Source of the DNA: Christensenellales bacterium
Lineage (GTDB): Bacteria; Bacillota; Clostridia; Christensenellales; UBA1242
Direction of reading: 5' to 3'
DNA length: 64,000 nt
Assembly (NCBI GenBank): GCA_051889215.1
Contig: JBJFDC010000006.1
Coordinates: 5,669 to 69,668 of the forward strand
The position numbers were made by a program, and so were the translations under genes. The notes under the pieces were generated by a model. The model did no database searches. It was not told the DNA's origin and saw only the letters and a program-made list of their open reading frames with translations. Numbering within the stretch: the first letter of the stretch is position 1; the number at the start of each line of letters is the position of its first letter. Positions 35,735-44,839 of this stretch are shown piece after piece.

Positions 35735-37258
35735 GTGGCAGAAACAAACCAAAAAATTTCAGTCGTAAACAAAAGAATGCTTGGAAGCGTTCAAAATAAT
35801 ATTGAATGCAGAATTTCATCAATGGAACAAAAAGTTGTTGGCTTATTGATGTCGTCAGCAAAAGTCGAAGTGACGGGCTGCGAACCGCTTGTTAAAGAAG
35901 CCAATGTTTCGGGGAAAGTCATTATTGACATCTTATATAAGAGCGAAAATGACGAAATTGCTTCGGCAACCAGTGCTTTTGCTTTTTCGACCAAAGTTGA
36001 AGGGGATTTTGAGCCAAGCATCTACACGGTCGCGACAGCGGAAATTGAAGATTGTCAAATCGATGGCGTCAGTGAAGATGAGGTTAGATTTGTCGTCACT
36101 TCAACAATCAATGTTTTGGGTTATCCTCAAACCGAACTTGAAGTTGCAAGTTCCAACGATGACTGCTGTGTAAAAATGTCGCATAACAGTGCCACAAGAC
36201 TCACAAAGACCTCCAATCAAAAATTATCCGACACCTTGACATTTGATTTAAAAGACAAAATCAAAAAAGTGTTAAGAGTCGATGTTCAAACAATTTGCAA
36301 AGATGTTCAAGCGGGAAACGGTTATGTGTCACTTTGTGGCGAAGATTTGGTTGATGTTCTCTATGTTGAGGACGATGTTGAACCAAAACTAAAAAGCGCG
36401 TCATTCGTTCATCAATTTGGTGAAGAACTCGAGGTTGGAGGTGTCACAAAAGACAGTCTCATCGATCAGTTTATATCGCTAAATTACGATGGTGTCACAA
36501 ACACACTTGAACAAAATGAAGAGGGGACAAAAATTGTTGTAAATCGCGAGGCCAATGTCCAAATATGCGCTTTTGAGAAATTTGATTTTGAGACCATTGA
36601 AGATGTGTATTCATTAACTCACACAACACTTGTTTCAACAAACTCTTATGAATATCTCGCACCTCAAAAACAGATGTTTTTCCAAAATAAAATTGATGGC
36701 ACAGTGACGGCTGGAGACAACACTCCAAGAATTGACAAAGTGCTTGAAAACTCCGCCAACATGTTAAAAGTGGTTGCGTCCTATGTCCAAGACGATGAAA
36801 TTGTTATTCAAGGGACAATGCAGACAACAGTGCTATATCTCAATGATGAAAATTCAAGCATTGAGTCCATTGAAGTCGAAATCCCATATGAGGTCAAACA
36901 ACGCATTGAAGAAATTGATGGCGCAATGATTGATGTGAAGTGTGCAGTTGATAATGTCGATGTTGTTGCAAAACGAGGAAAAGACATTTTTGTTGAGGCA
37001 GAAGTCAAAACCTATGTTGGGGTATATTCAACTCAAACCGGTGCCGCAATCACCAAAGTTGAACTCCAAGATGAACTTCCACCAAAAACAGGTGCGATGG
37101 AAATATATTTTGCAACCGCAGGGCAAACACTTTGGGATATCGCGAAAGAAATGGTTGAAGATGTTGAGACTCTCGCCAAATTTAATCCCGAACTTCCTCA
37201 AGTCATGACGGGAGAAGAAAAAATTGTATGCTATAGAAAGAAAAGTATAAACTTTTAG
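35735..37258 (+). CDS. DUF3794 + C-terminal LysM protein, SipL-like spore-coat morphogenetic protein
   Basis: GTG start 8 nt after GGAGGG. C-terminal LysM (YFATAGQTLWDIAKEM...LAKFNPEL). Its size and position next to veg match clostridial sipL. Confidence 0.6.
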   Translation: MAETNQKISVVNKRMLGSVQNNIECRISSMEQKVVGLLMSSAKVEVTGCEPLVKEANVSGKVIIDILYKSENDEIASATSAFAFSTKVEGDFEPSIYTVATAEIEDCQIDGVSEDEVRFVVTSTINVLGYPQTELEVASSNDDCCVKMSHNSATRLTKTSNQKLSDTLTFDLKDKIKKVLRVDVQTICKDVQAGNGYVSLCGEDLVDVLYVEDDVEPKLKSASFVHQFGEELEVGGVTKDSLIDQFISLNYDGVTNTLEQNEEGTKIVVNREANVQICAFEKFDFETIEDVYSLTHTTLVSTNSYEYLAPQKQMFFQNKIDGTVTAGDNTPRIDKVLENSANMLKVVASYVQDDEIVIQGTMQTTVLYLNDENSSIESIEVEIPYEVKQRIEEIDGAMIDVKCAVDNVDVVAKRGKDIFVEAEVKTYVGVYSTQTGAAITKVELQDELPPKTGAMEIYFATAGQTLWDIAKEMVEDVETLAKFNPELPQVMTGEEKIVCYRKKSINF

Positions 37259-37340
37259 AGTATAAATAAAATAATAGAGTCAATAATCCTTCTTGAAAAA
37301 AGCTTGCCTTTTTGGCAAGCCAAAAGAGGGGTTATTTTTT

Positions 37341-37880
37341 ATGAGAAAAGTTGTTATTGCAGTGTTGATTGTTGTCATTGGGGTGACTTTTGTTTTGTTT
37401 TCAACAAAAAAGACCGAACCGAATGAAGAGTATTTGAGAATACATATTCGTGCCAATTCAAACCTTGATGTTGACCAAAATGTAAAATATATAATAAAGG
37501 ATAAAGTGGTTGAATATCTCATTCCAATCCTTTGCGACTGCGAAACAAAAGAACAGGCCGAGAGTGCTTTGCAAAAAAATTTTCAAGGAATTGAAGCGGT
37601 CGCCGACTCAATTCTCAAACAAAATGGTTTTTCTTATTCTTCTCATGCAAAACTTTGCAATGAATATTTTCCGACGAGAAGTTATCAAGACCTCACGCTT
37701 GACGAGGGCTTTTATGATGCGTTGATTTTGGAACTTGGACAAGCAAAGGGCGATAATTGGTGGTGTGTTGTATATCCTCCGTTATGTTTTGTGTCAACCA
37801 ACCCGACAGGAGAAGGAGTTGTGTATAAATCCAAAATTTTGCACATAATAAACAAAATTCTTGGTCGGGAGGAAACATGA
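37341..37880 (+). CDS. spoIIR: stage II sporulation protein R
   Basis: LRIHIRANSN...GDNWWCVVYPPLCF are diagnostic SpoIIR motifs. Confidence 0.9.
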   Translation: MRKVVIAVLIVVIGVTFVLFSTKKTEPNEEYLRIHIRANSNLDVDQNVKYIIKDKVVEYLIPILCDCETKEQAESALQKNFQGIEAVADSILKQNGFSYSSHAKLCNEYFPTRSYQDLTLDEGFYDALILELGQAKGDNWWCVVYPPLCFVSTNPTGEGVVYKSKILHIINKILGREET

Positions 37881-38545
37881 AAAGACGAAATAGTATTTTA
37901 TTTGCCGTGCTGCTGCTTTTTGCGGTGGTGTTGGTGGGTTGCATTGTCAGTGTTGACAATGTCAACAACAATAATATCAACACAATCAGTCAAGTTGCAA
38001 CAACCTCGCAAAACAAACAAATTCAACAAAAATTAAAGGATTTGGGATATTATTCTGGCGCAGTTGATGGAATTTATGGAAATGCAACAAGGAGTGCTGT
38101 TATTGCTTTTCAAAAGGCAAACGGTCTTGTTGCTGATGGAATTGCTGGACCAAAGACGATTGCAGCTCTTGGTCTCAATTTTAATTCTGCGACATCGAGC
38201 GACCTCTATCTCCTTGCAAAATGCGTTCATGCAGAGGCGAGAGGCGAGCCATATGTTGGACAAGTCGCAGTTGCTGCTGTGATTTTGAATCGTGTGAAAG
38301 ACCCCGCTTTTCCCAACACGATTTCGGGTGTAATCTATCAACCATGGGCTTTCACTGCGGTTAATGATGGGCAGATTAATTTGGAACCAAACTCAACCGC
38401 TTATCAGGCGGCGCAAGACGCGCTCAACGGTTGGGACCCGACCTATGGGTGCTTGTATTATTATAATCCAGCAACCGCCACAAGCAAGTGGATTTTCTCA
38501 AGGCAAACAGTTGTCACCATTGGCAAACACGTGTTTGCGATATAG
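37877..38545 (+). CDS. sleB: spore cortex-lytic enzyme SleB
   Basis: PG_binding_1 repeat (LGYYSGAVDGIYGNATRSAVIAFQKANGL) plus the Hydrolase_2 motif (AEARGEPYVGQVAVAAVILNR). The start overlaps the spoIIR stop. Confidence 0.88.
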   Translation: MKRRNSILFAVLLLFAVVLVGCIVSVDNVNNNNINTISQVATTSQNKQIQQKLKDLGYYSGAVDGIYGNATRSAVIAFQKANGLVADGIAGPKTIAALGLNFNSATSSDLYLLAKCVHAEARGEPYVGQVAVAAVILNRVKDPAFPNTISGVIYQPWAFTAVNDGQINLEPNSTAYQAAQDALNGWDPTYGCLYYYNPATATSKWIFSRQTVVTIGKHVFAI

Positions 38546-38554
38546 GAGGGGACA

Positions 38555-39916
38555 ATGGAAGCAAAAACACAAACAAGAACAAAAAAATCAACCACAATAG
38601 TTTTTATTGTGCTGACAGCAGTGTTTGCAGCCCTCATGATTGCGGCAGTTTTGGCATTATTCATCAACACAAACAAAATGAACGCATATGGGTCAAGCTT
38701 GGAATATGTTTATCAACGCTCCTACTATGACCTTGAAGACAACATCAATAATGCTGAAAACAAACTTTCAAAACTCATGGCGTCAAGTTCAGGCGACTAT
38801 CAGAAAAAACTTGTAAAAGAAATTTCCGCCAATGCCAAAGCGGCGCAAGAAAATCTTAACATCTTGCCGGTGTCGGCGGGCGGGATTAACGAATCAATCA
38901 AGTTTATTAATCAATTTTATGGATATATGTCATCTTTGGAAACATCGATTGAAAAAACGAACAAACTAACCCCAGAACAAAAACAAAAGGTCGGCGAACT
39001 CCATCAGGCGATAAAAGAAATCAAATTTAATCTTGAAAATTTCACAAAAAAACTTTCGGGCGGTTATTCAATTCTCAAAGCAAGCAAGAATTTTGAGGGA
39101 GATTTCAACAATCTCACAAATGACCTTCGTCAAGTCAAAACTGACGACATTGAATACCCTTCAATGATTTATGATGGACCTTTTTCGGATTCTGTGACAA
39201 ATGTTGAAATCAAAGGTCTTGTTGGAGAAAGCATTGATTCAATGACCGCGGAAAACAATTTGCGACAAATTTATAAGGACAAAAATCTTGAAAATTTGAA
39301 ATACCTTGGTCAAACAAATGGAAAATTCAAAACTCATGACTTTTCATTCTATCTTGAGGGCTCAAATCGAGTTGCGCAAATAACCGAAGTTGGTGGGCAC
39401 CTTCTCACATTGAGCGGGGGAATTGCAACAAAAACTTCAAACATTGATTTTGATCAAGCAAAAAATGCGGCACTTGACTTTGCAAAAAATTCAGATTTTG
39501 GAGAACTTGAAGTTGTTTGGAGTGACGAAAAAGATGGAGAAGCATATTTCAATCTTGCCCCAATTCAAAACGATGTTATTCTCTATCCCGATTTAATCAA
39601 GGTCAAAGTTGATAAATCCACAGGAAACATCGCGGGAATTGATGCGAGCGCATATTTCACAAATCACACAAATCGAACAATTGGAGCTGCAAAAATTTCA
39701 TCAAGTGAAGCAAAAAACACAATAGAAAATGGATATAACATTCAGACATCAAAGCTTTGCCTTGTGCCACTTGACTACAATCGCGAAGTTTTGTGCTATG
39801 AATTTAAATGCGACTATCTCGGTTCAATCTATTTCATTTATATAAATGCTGAAACCGGAGTGGAAGAGAACATTCTTCAAGTCGTTTCCTCCGAAAGTGG
39901 CCAAAAACTCATGTAA
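38555..39916 (+). CDS. ypeB: germination protein YpeB
   Basis: 453 aa with an N-terminal TM helix and PepSY-like C-terminal repeats, in the conserved sleB-ypeB operon position. Confidence 0.8.
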   Translation: MEAKTQTRTKKSTTIVFIVLTAVFAALMIAAVLALFINTNKMNAYGSSLEYVYQRSYYDLEDNINNAENKLSKLMASSSGDYQKKLVKEISANAKAAQENLNILPVSAGGINESIKFINQFYGYMSSLETSIEKTNKLTPEQKQKVGELHQAIKEIKFNLENFTKKLSGGYSILKASKNFEGDFNNLTNDLRQVKTDDIEYPSMIYDGPFSDSVTNVEIKGLVGESIDSMTAENNLRQIYKDKNLENLKYLGQTNGKFKTHDFSFYLEGSNRVAQITEVGGHLLTLSGGIATKTSNIDFDQAKNAALDFAKNSDFGELEVVWSDEKDGEAYFNLAPIQNDVILYPDLIKVKVDKSTGNIAGIDASAYFTNHTNRTIGAAKISSSEAKNTIENGYNIQTSKLCLVPLDYNREVLCYEFKCDYLGSIYFIYINAETGVEENILQVVSSESGQKLM

Positions 39917-39923
39917 AAAAGAA

Positions 39924-39960
39924 AAGATGTGATTAAAGAGCAAAAATCACATCTTTTTTT
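39924..39960 (+). terminator. rho-independent terminator after ypeB
   Basis: AAGATGTGATT-N10-AATCACATCTT followed by TTTTT. Confidence 0.8.
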
Positions 39961-39963
39961 ATG

Positions 39964-39993
39964 TTGACCAAGATATTTTTGTTGTGTTATAAT
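39964..39993 (+). promoter_or_regulatory. sigma-A-type promoter
   Basis: TTGACC, 18 nt, TATAAT, with TGt (extended -10) immediately upstream. It lies inside the 5' end of the listed ORF 39961-40845, so the true start must be downstream. Confidence 0.55.
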
Positions 39994-39999
39994 TTTTGC

Positions 40000-40845
40000 A
40001 TGGAAACAATGACTTTGGAAAAAGAAAGTATGTCTGAAAATGGAATTTTGACAGACGACATCATTTTTGGAAAAGCGCAAACAAAAAAAGCGATGGACAC
40101 GAGTGGATATGGGGATTTCACCGTCATTATTTTGCTCGCAAAAAACCCCGCTTTCAAAGGTGTGCTCAAACCATATGAGATAAATATTTATGGCAAAAAA
40201 ATGTGGCAGTGGGTTGCACTTGCTTGCGAGGGATATAACACAAAAACTGTTGCTTGCTCTCCCGAGAGCAACATTTTGTCACTCATAAAACCTCATCTTG
40301 AGGACACAAAGTTTACGGCAGTTTTCTATTCTGACACACCTCTTCTTCAAAAATCGACTATTGAAGAAATTTTTATGTTTGCGCGAAGCAGAGACATCAA
40401 TGTTATGCGGCTCACACGCGGATTTATATTCAATACTGAATATGTCAGGAGTGCGACAGAGATTGCCGCAATGCAGACTGAATATTTTGAGGAAGAAGAT
40501 TTCATCACTTGCTACAATCAAAAGCAAGTTGCATTTGTGTCCGATATAATCAAAAACAGAATTTTGGACTTTCACATGACCCAAGGAGTTCAAATTGTTG
40601 ACCCAAACACAACATTCATCGACTGCGATTCAATCATTGGCGAAGGAACGGTGATTGAACCAAACAATGTCATTCGTGGAATGACCATGATATATCCAAA
40701 CTGCAAACTCGAGAGCGGAAATATAATTGAAAACAGCATTATTGGCGAGAATTGCAAAATTATTGCAAGTTTTGTTTCTGAAAGCAGAATAAAAGACAGG
40801 CAGGTTGTTGGACCATATGAGAATATAATAAAAAAATCCACGTGA
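40000..40845 (+). CDS. truncated/degenerate GlmU-like protein (nucleotidyltransferase-like N-domain plus a short left-handed beta-helix)
   Basis: It sits in the glmU slot upstream of pth-mfd. Hexapeptide-repeat-like C-terminus (IGEGTVIEPNNVIRG...IIGENCKI). The LAAGKGTRM motif is replaced by LLAKNPAFKG. The start is uncertain (ATG at 40000, 40009 or 40030). Confidence 0.45.
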   Translation: METMTLEKESMSENGILTDDIIFGKAQTKKAMDTSGYGDFTVIILLAKNPAFKGVLKPYEINIYGKKMWQWVALACEGYNTKTVACSPESNILSLIKPHLEDTKFTAVFYSDTPLLQKSTIEEIFMFARSRDINVMRLTRGFIFNTEYVRSATEIAAMQTEYFEEEDFITCYNQKQVAFVSDIIKNRILDFHMTQGVQIVDPNTTFIDCDSIIGEGTVIEPNNVIRGMTMIYPNCKLESGNIIENSIIGENCKIIASFVSESRIKDRQVVGPYENIIKKST

Positions 40846-40852
40846 GGCGAAA

Positions 40853-41380
40853 ATGAAACTTGTTTTTGGACTGGGGAATCCTGGACGAGAATATGAGAGA
40901 ACTTATCACAACATTGGCTTTATGTCAGTGGATTTTTTGTTGAAAAATTATTGCGAAAATGTCAAACAAAAAAAAGAGGGCAAAGCACAAACTTTTCACG
41001 CTTTGCTTTGTGGCGAAAAAGTGATTATTGCAAAGCCCGAAACTTTTATGAATGCGTCGGGCGAAAGTGTTTTGGCACTTATGACAAAATATAAAGTTTC
41101 TCCACGCGATGTTTTTGTTTTTGTTGACGACATCGACCAAGACAAAGGCAAGGTGAGATTTCGTGAGCGAGGAAGCGCGGGAACACACAACGGGCTGAGG
41201 AGCATTGTCGGACTTGTTGGCGAGGATTTTAATCGCATTCGAATTGGAATTTCAAAAAATCCCGACATGAATCTTGCGGACTATGTTCTTTCAAAAATTG
41301 ACGACGAAAGCATGAAATTGATTGAACCTGCGATTGAAAAGGGAGTTCAAATTTTGTTGGAGAAAATCAATGTCAAATAA
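40853..41380 (+). CDS. pth: peptidyl-tRNA hydrolase
   Basis: LVFGLGNPGREYERTYHNIGF is the canonical Pth N-terminus. Confidence 0.93.
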   Translation: MKLVFGLGNPGREYERTYHNIGFMSVDFLLKNYCENVKQKKEGKAQTFHALLCGEKVIIAKPETFMNASGESVLALMTKYKVSPRDVFVFVDDIDQDKGKVRFRERGSAGTHNGLRSIVGLVGEDFNRIRIGISKNPDMNLADYVLSKIDDESMKLIEPAIEKGVQILLEKINVK

Positions 41381-44300
41381 TGTGTCTTGCTATTTTGAAC
41401 ACTTGTTTGAGACGCCAAAGTTTCAAAAAATAAGACAAAATTGTGGAATAAAAGATATAAACATAAGCGGCCTTTCAAGCGGAGAAAAGGCGGTTGTTTT
41501 GTCATCTCTTGGCAAAAAGTTTGTTTATGTGGCAAGTGACCTCATAGAGGCAAATGCGACACAAAAAGTTCTTGACGATTTTGGGATATCAAGTCGGATA
41601 ATATATTCGGCGATAACAAGTCCTGTTCTCACGATGGGCAAAATTGATGACATTCAGTTTGATGCACTCAACAAACTATATGATTTTTTGAATGATGAAG
41701 TTTTTGCCTTGATTGTTTTGCCTTCTTTTTTGACTCAACGCTTGCCTTCGCGAACAAAACTTTTTGAAAATCAATTTTGTCTCAAGGTGGACGATGAGGT
41801 GCGTCAAAAAGACTTTGAAAACATGCTCATTCACTTTGGTTTTTCTCGAGCGGAAGGACGAGGGAATATTGGCGAATTTTGTGTTCGTGGGGACACGATT
41901 GAAGTTTGTGCATGCGGTGATGAAACTCTTGTTCGAATTGAATTTTTTGATGATGTCGTTGAAAAAATAAAAATTTGCGACAAGACAACTCTGTCATTAA
42001 TTAAGAATGTTGACAAATATTATTTTCACCCGACAAGCATATTTTTTCTTGAAAAAGAGCAAAAAAACGCAGTTTTATCAAAATTATTTGAACAAAAATC
42101 AAAAAATGTTCAAAATTCTAGACTTGACGAGAACCTGTCGGGCGCAATAAACATTGTTGAAAACAACTTTTGCATGCCTGCATTCATGCAGCCATATCTA
42201 ATTGGTTTTCACGACACAATTGCAACAATTTGCACAGATGAGGTTTTTGCATTTGACGAAACAAAAAAAATCAAAGATGCAATCACTGGGGCGACCTCTG
42301 AATTCTTTTCGGGATTTTTGAGTCTGGTTGAAGGCGGAGAACTTCTCAAAGAACATAAAGATTTTCTGCTCACAGAAAGCGAAATTTTTTCAAGCATTCC
42401 TCATTGCCTGTTTTTTGATAATATCATCGAAGAAAAGCGCGATATTGAAATTGACTTTCAAAAGGCAATGACAAACAAATATACTTTTGACTTTTCGTCA
42501 CTTCTTTGTGATTTAAAAATATATAAAGAAAAGGGCAAGTTTGTTGTTCTTTTTGCAGGCGGAAAAACATCTTGTGAAAATCTAAAAAATTATATGCTTG
42601 AAAATGGATTATATTTTGATGATTTTTCGCAGTCTTCAAGCAAAGGCATATTTTTGTCAAATCAAACGCTTTCAATTTCGGTTGGATTTGCAGATGAAAA
42701 CTTTGTTGCAATCGCGACACCTGATTTGATAAAAAAATCAACGAATTTTGCAGTCGCCAACAAGAAAAAGGTTTTTTATCTTCCAAAGGTGGGAGATTAT
42801 GTTGTTCATGTCACTCACGGGATTGGAAAATGTGTTGGAATTGAAAAATTAAAACTTTCATCAGTCTATAAAGATTATTTCATCATCGAATATAAGGGCG
42901 GGGACAGACTTTATGTTCCAAGTGAACAAGCAAATTCGATTTCGGCATATCTTGGAGGTGAGGCAGAGCCAAAACTAAACAAGATTGGCGGTCTTGAATT
43001 TCGAAAAGCAAAGGAAAAAGTTTATAAAAGCGTCAAAGAAATGGCTGGCGAACTCGTCAAACTCTATTCTGCTCGCGAGCAAAAACACGGCTTCAAATTT
43101 AGCGAAGATGGATATTTGCAGGCGGCATTTGAAGAGGCATTTCCATATGACGAAACAGAAGATCAAATTGTTGCAACCAATGAAATAAAAAAGGACATGC
43201 AGTCAACAAAAATCATGGATCGACTGCTTTGTGGAGATGTTGGATATGGAAAAACAGAGGTTGCCATGCGTGCTGCATACAAGGCGGTGATTGATGGCAA
43301 ACAAGTCGCCTTTATGTGTCCAACAACAATACTTTCTCAACAACATTTCAACACGTGTCAAAACCGTTTTAAAGATTTTATGTGTCGTGTTGAAGTCCTC
43401 AACAGGTTTAAGACACCCAAGCAGCAAAAAGAGATTTTGGAAAAATTGAAGCGCGGCGAGATTGATGTCATTTGCGGCACACATAGACTGCTGGGAAAAG
43501 ACGTTGAGTTCAAGGATTTGGGACTCTTGATTTTGGACGAAGAGCAACGTTTTGGGGTTGCAGACAAGGAAAAAATCAAAAAACTTAAGAACGATGTTGA
43601 TGTGCTCGCTCTTTCCGCAACTCCAATCCCGCGAACACTCCATATGTCACTCAGTGGAATACGAGACATCAGCATTCTTTCAACGCCGCCAAAGGATAGA
43701 CTTCCTGTGCAAACCTATGTCACAGAGTTTTCGCCAATGCTTCTGAAAGATGCATGTCTCAAAGAAATTGCGCGTGGCGGTCAAATTTTGATTGTGTATA
43801 ATCGCGTTGACAAAATTAATGAATTTGCCGCATTTGTCAAAAATCTTCTTCCAGGTGTTGATGTTGGCGTCGCACACGGACAAATGGACGAAAAACTGCT
43901 TGAACAAGCAATCTTCAAACTATATAATCGCGAGTATCAAGTCTTTATCAGCACAACTCTCATTGAAAATGGCATTGATTTGCCGCTTGCCAACACGTTG
44001 TTTGTTTTGGATAGTGACCGACTGGGACTTTCTCAACTCTATCAACTTCGCGGGAGAATTGGCAGAGGAAACAGACTCGCGTATGCATATTTCACATTTG
44101 ACGGCGGGAAAAAATTGACCGAGCAAGCATTCAAGAGACTTGAGGCAATAATGCAATTTCGAGAACTTGGAAGCGGGTTTAAAATTGCGATGCGAGACCT
44201 TGAAATCCGTGGAGCTGGCAATGTTTTGGGAAAAGAACAGCACGGACAAATGCAAAAAGTTGGATATGACCTATATTGCAAAATCCTCAAAGATGCGGTC

Positions 44301-44771
44301 GGTGAACTCTCTGGCGAGCACGAAAAACCAAAACGAGATGTCAAACTTGACATTGCAGTCGAGGCATATATCGAGCCGGATTATATTGGCGAAGAAGATT
44401 TGCGAATAAAAATTTACAATTCAATAAGTGAACTGACGAGCGTTGAACAGATGCGAGAACTTGAGGGGCAACTTGAAAATTCGTTCGGAGAACTTGCCGT
44501 TCCTGCAAAAAATTTGCTGCGTCTTGCGGTTGTTAAAAATCTCGCTGAAAAGCATGAAATTTCAAGAATTTTTATAAATAATTCAAATTTTTCCATATTT
44601 TTCTATGAAAAAGAGAAAATTATTGAGCAAAATGTGGTTGATGTCGTCAGTGCTTACAACAAGTTCTGCGTATTAAAATTTTCACCATTGCCAATAATTG
44701 AAGTGAACATTCCGCATGCTTCATGTGAAGAAAAACTCAATTTCTTGCTTGGATTTTTGTCGAAAATGTAA
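41370..44771 (+). CDS. mfd: transcription-repair coupling factor
   Basis: 1133 aa from MSNNVSCY. UvrB-homology region, CarD-like domain, superfamily-2 translocase motifs (GDVGYGKTEVA, DEEQRFG) and a TRG motif. Confidence 0.93.
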   Translation: MSNNVSCYFEHLFETPKFQKIRQNCGIKDINISGLSSGEKAVVLSSLGKKFVYVASDLIEANATQKVLDDFGISSRIIYSAITSPVLTMGKIDDIQFDALNKLYDFLNDEVFALIVLPSFLTQRLPSRTKLFENQFCLKVDDEVRQKDFENMLIHFGFSRAEGRGNIGEFCVRGDTIEVCACGDETLVRIEFFDDVVEKIKICDKTTLSLIKNVDKYYFHPTSIFFLEKEQKNAVLSKLFEQKSKNVQNSRLDENLSGAINIVENNFCMPAFMQPYLIGFHDTIATICTDEVFAFDETKKIKDAITGATSEFFSGFLSLVEGGELLKEHKDFLLTESEIFSSIPHCLFFDNIIEEKRDIEIDFQKAMTNKYTFDFSSLLCDLKIYKEKGKFVVLFAGGKTSCENLKNYMLENGLYFDDFSQSSSKGIFLSNQTLSISVGFADENFVAIATPDLIKKSTNFAVANKKKVFYLPKVGDYVVHVTHGIGKCVGIEKLKLSSVYKDYFIIEYKGGDRLYVPSEQANSISAYLGGEAEPKLNKIGGLEFRKAKEKVYKSVKEMAGELVKLYSAREQKHGFKFSEDGYLQAAFEEAFPYDETEDQIVATNEIKKDMQSTKIMDRLLCGDVGYGKTEVAMRAAYKAVIDGKQVAFMCPTTILSQQHFNTCQNRFKDFMCRVEVLNRFKTPKQQKEILEKLKRGEIDVICGTHRLLGKDVEFKDLGLLILDEEQRFGVADKEKIKKLKNDVDVLALSATPIPRTLHMSLSGIRDISILSTPPKDRLPVQTYVTEFSPMLLKDACLKEIARGGQILIVYNRVDKINEFAAFVKNLLPGVDVGVAHGQMDEKLLEQAIFKLYNREYQVFISTTLIENGIDLPLANTLFVLDSDRLGLSQLYQLRGRIGRGNRLAYAYFTFDGGKKLTEQAFKRLEAIMQFRELGSGFKIAMRDLEIRGAGNVLGKEQHGQMQKVGYDLYCKILKDAVGELSGEHEKPKRDVKLDIAVEAYIEPDYIGEEDLRIKIYNSISELTSVEQMRELEGQLENSFGELAVPAKNLLRLAVVKNLAEKHEISRIFINNSNFSIFFYEKEKIIEQNVVDVVSAYNKFCVLKFSPLPIIEVNIPHASCEEKLNFLLGFLSKM

Positions 44772-44839
44772 GTCAAAATATTTGCGTTTTTGATTGATTT
44801 TAATTTTATTATAGTATAGAATAGATTAATATTTGAGCG

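Noticed and set aside
37298-37325. Hairpin GCTTGCC ttttt GGCAAGC upstream of spoIIR, considered as the terminator of the sipL-like gene
   Set aside because: On the plus strand it lacks a trailing T run. The T run is on the minus strand, where there is no gene to terminate. Its function is unclear, so I did not call it.
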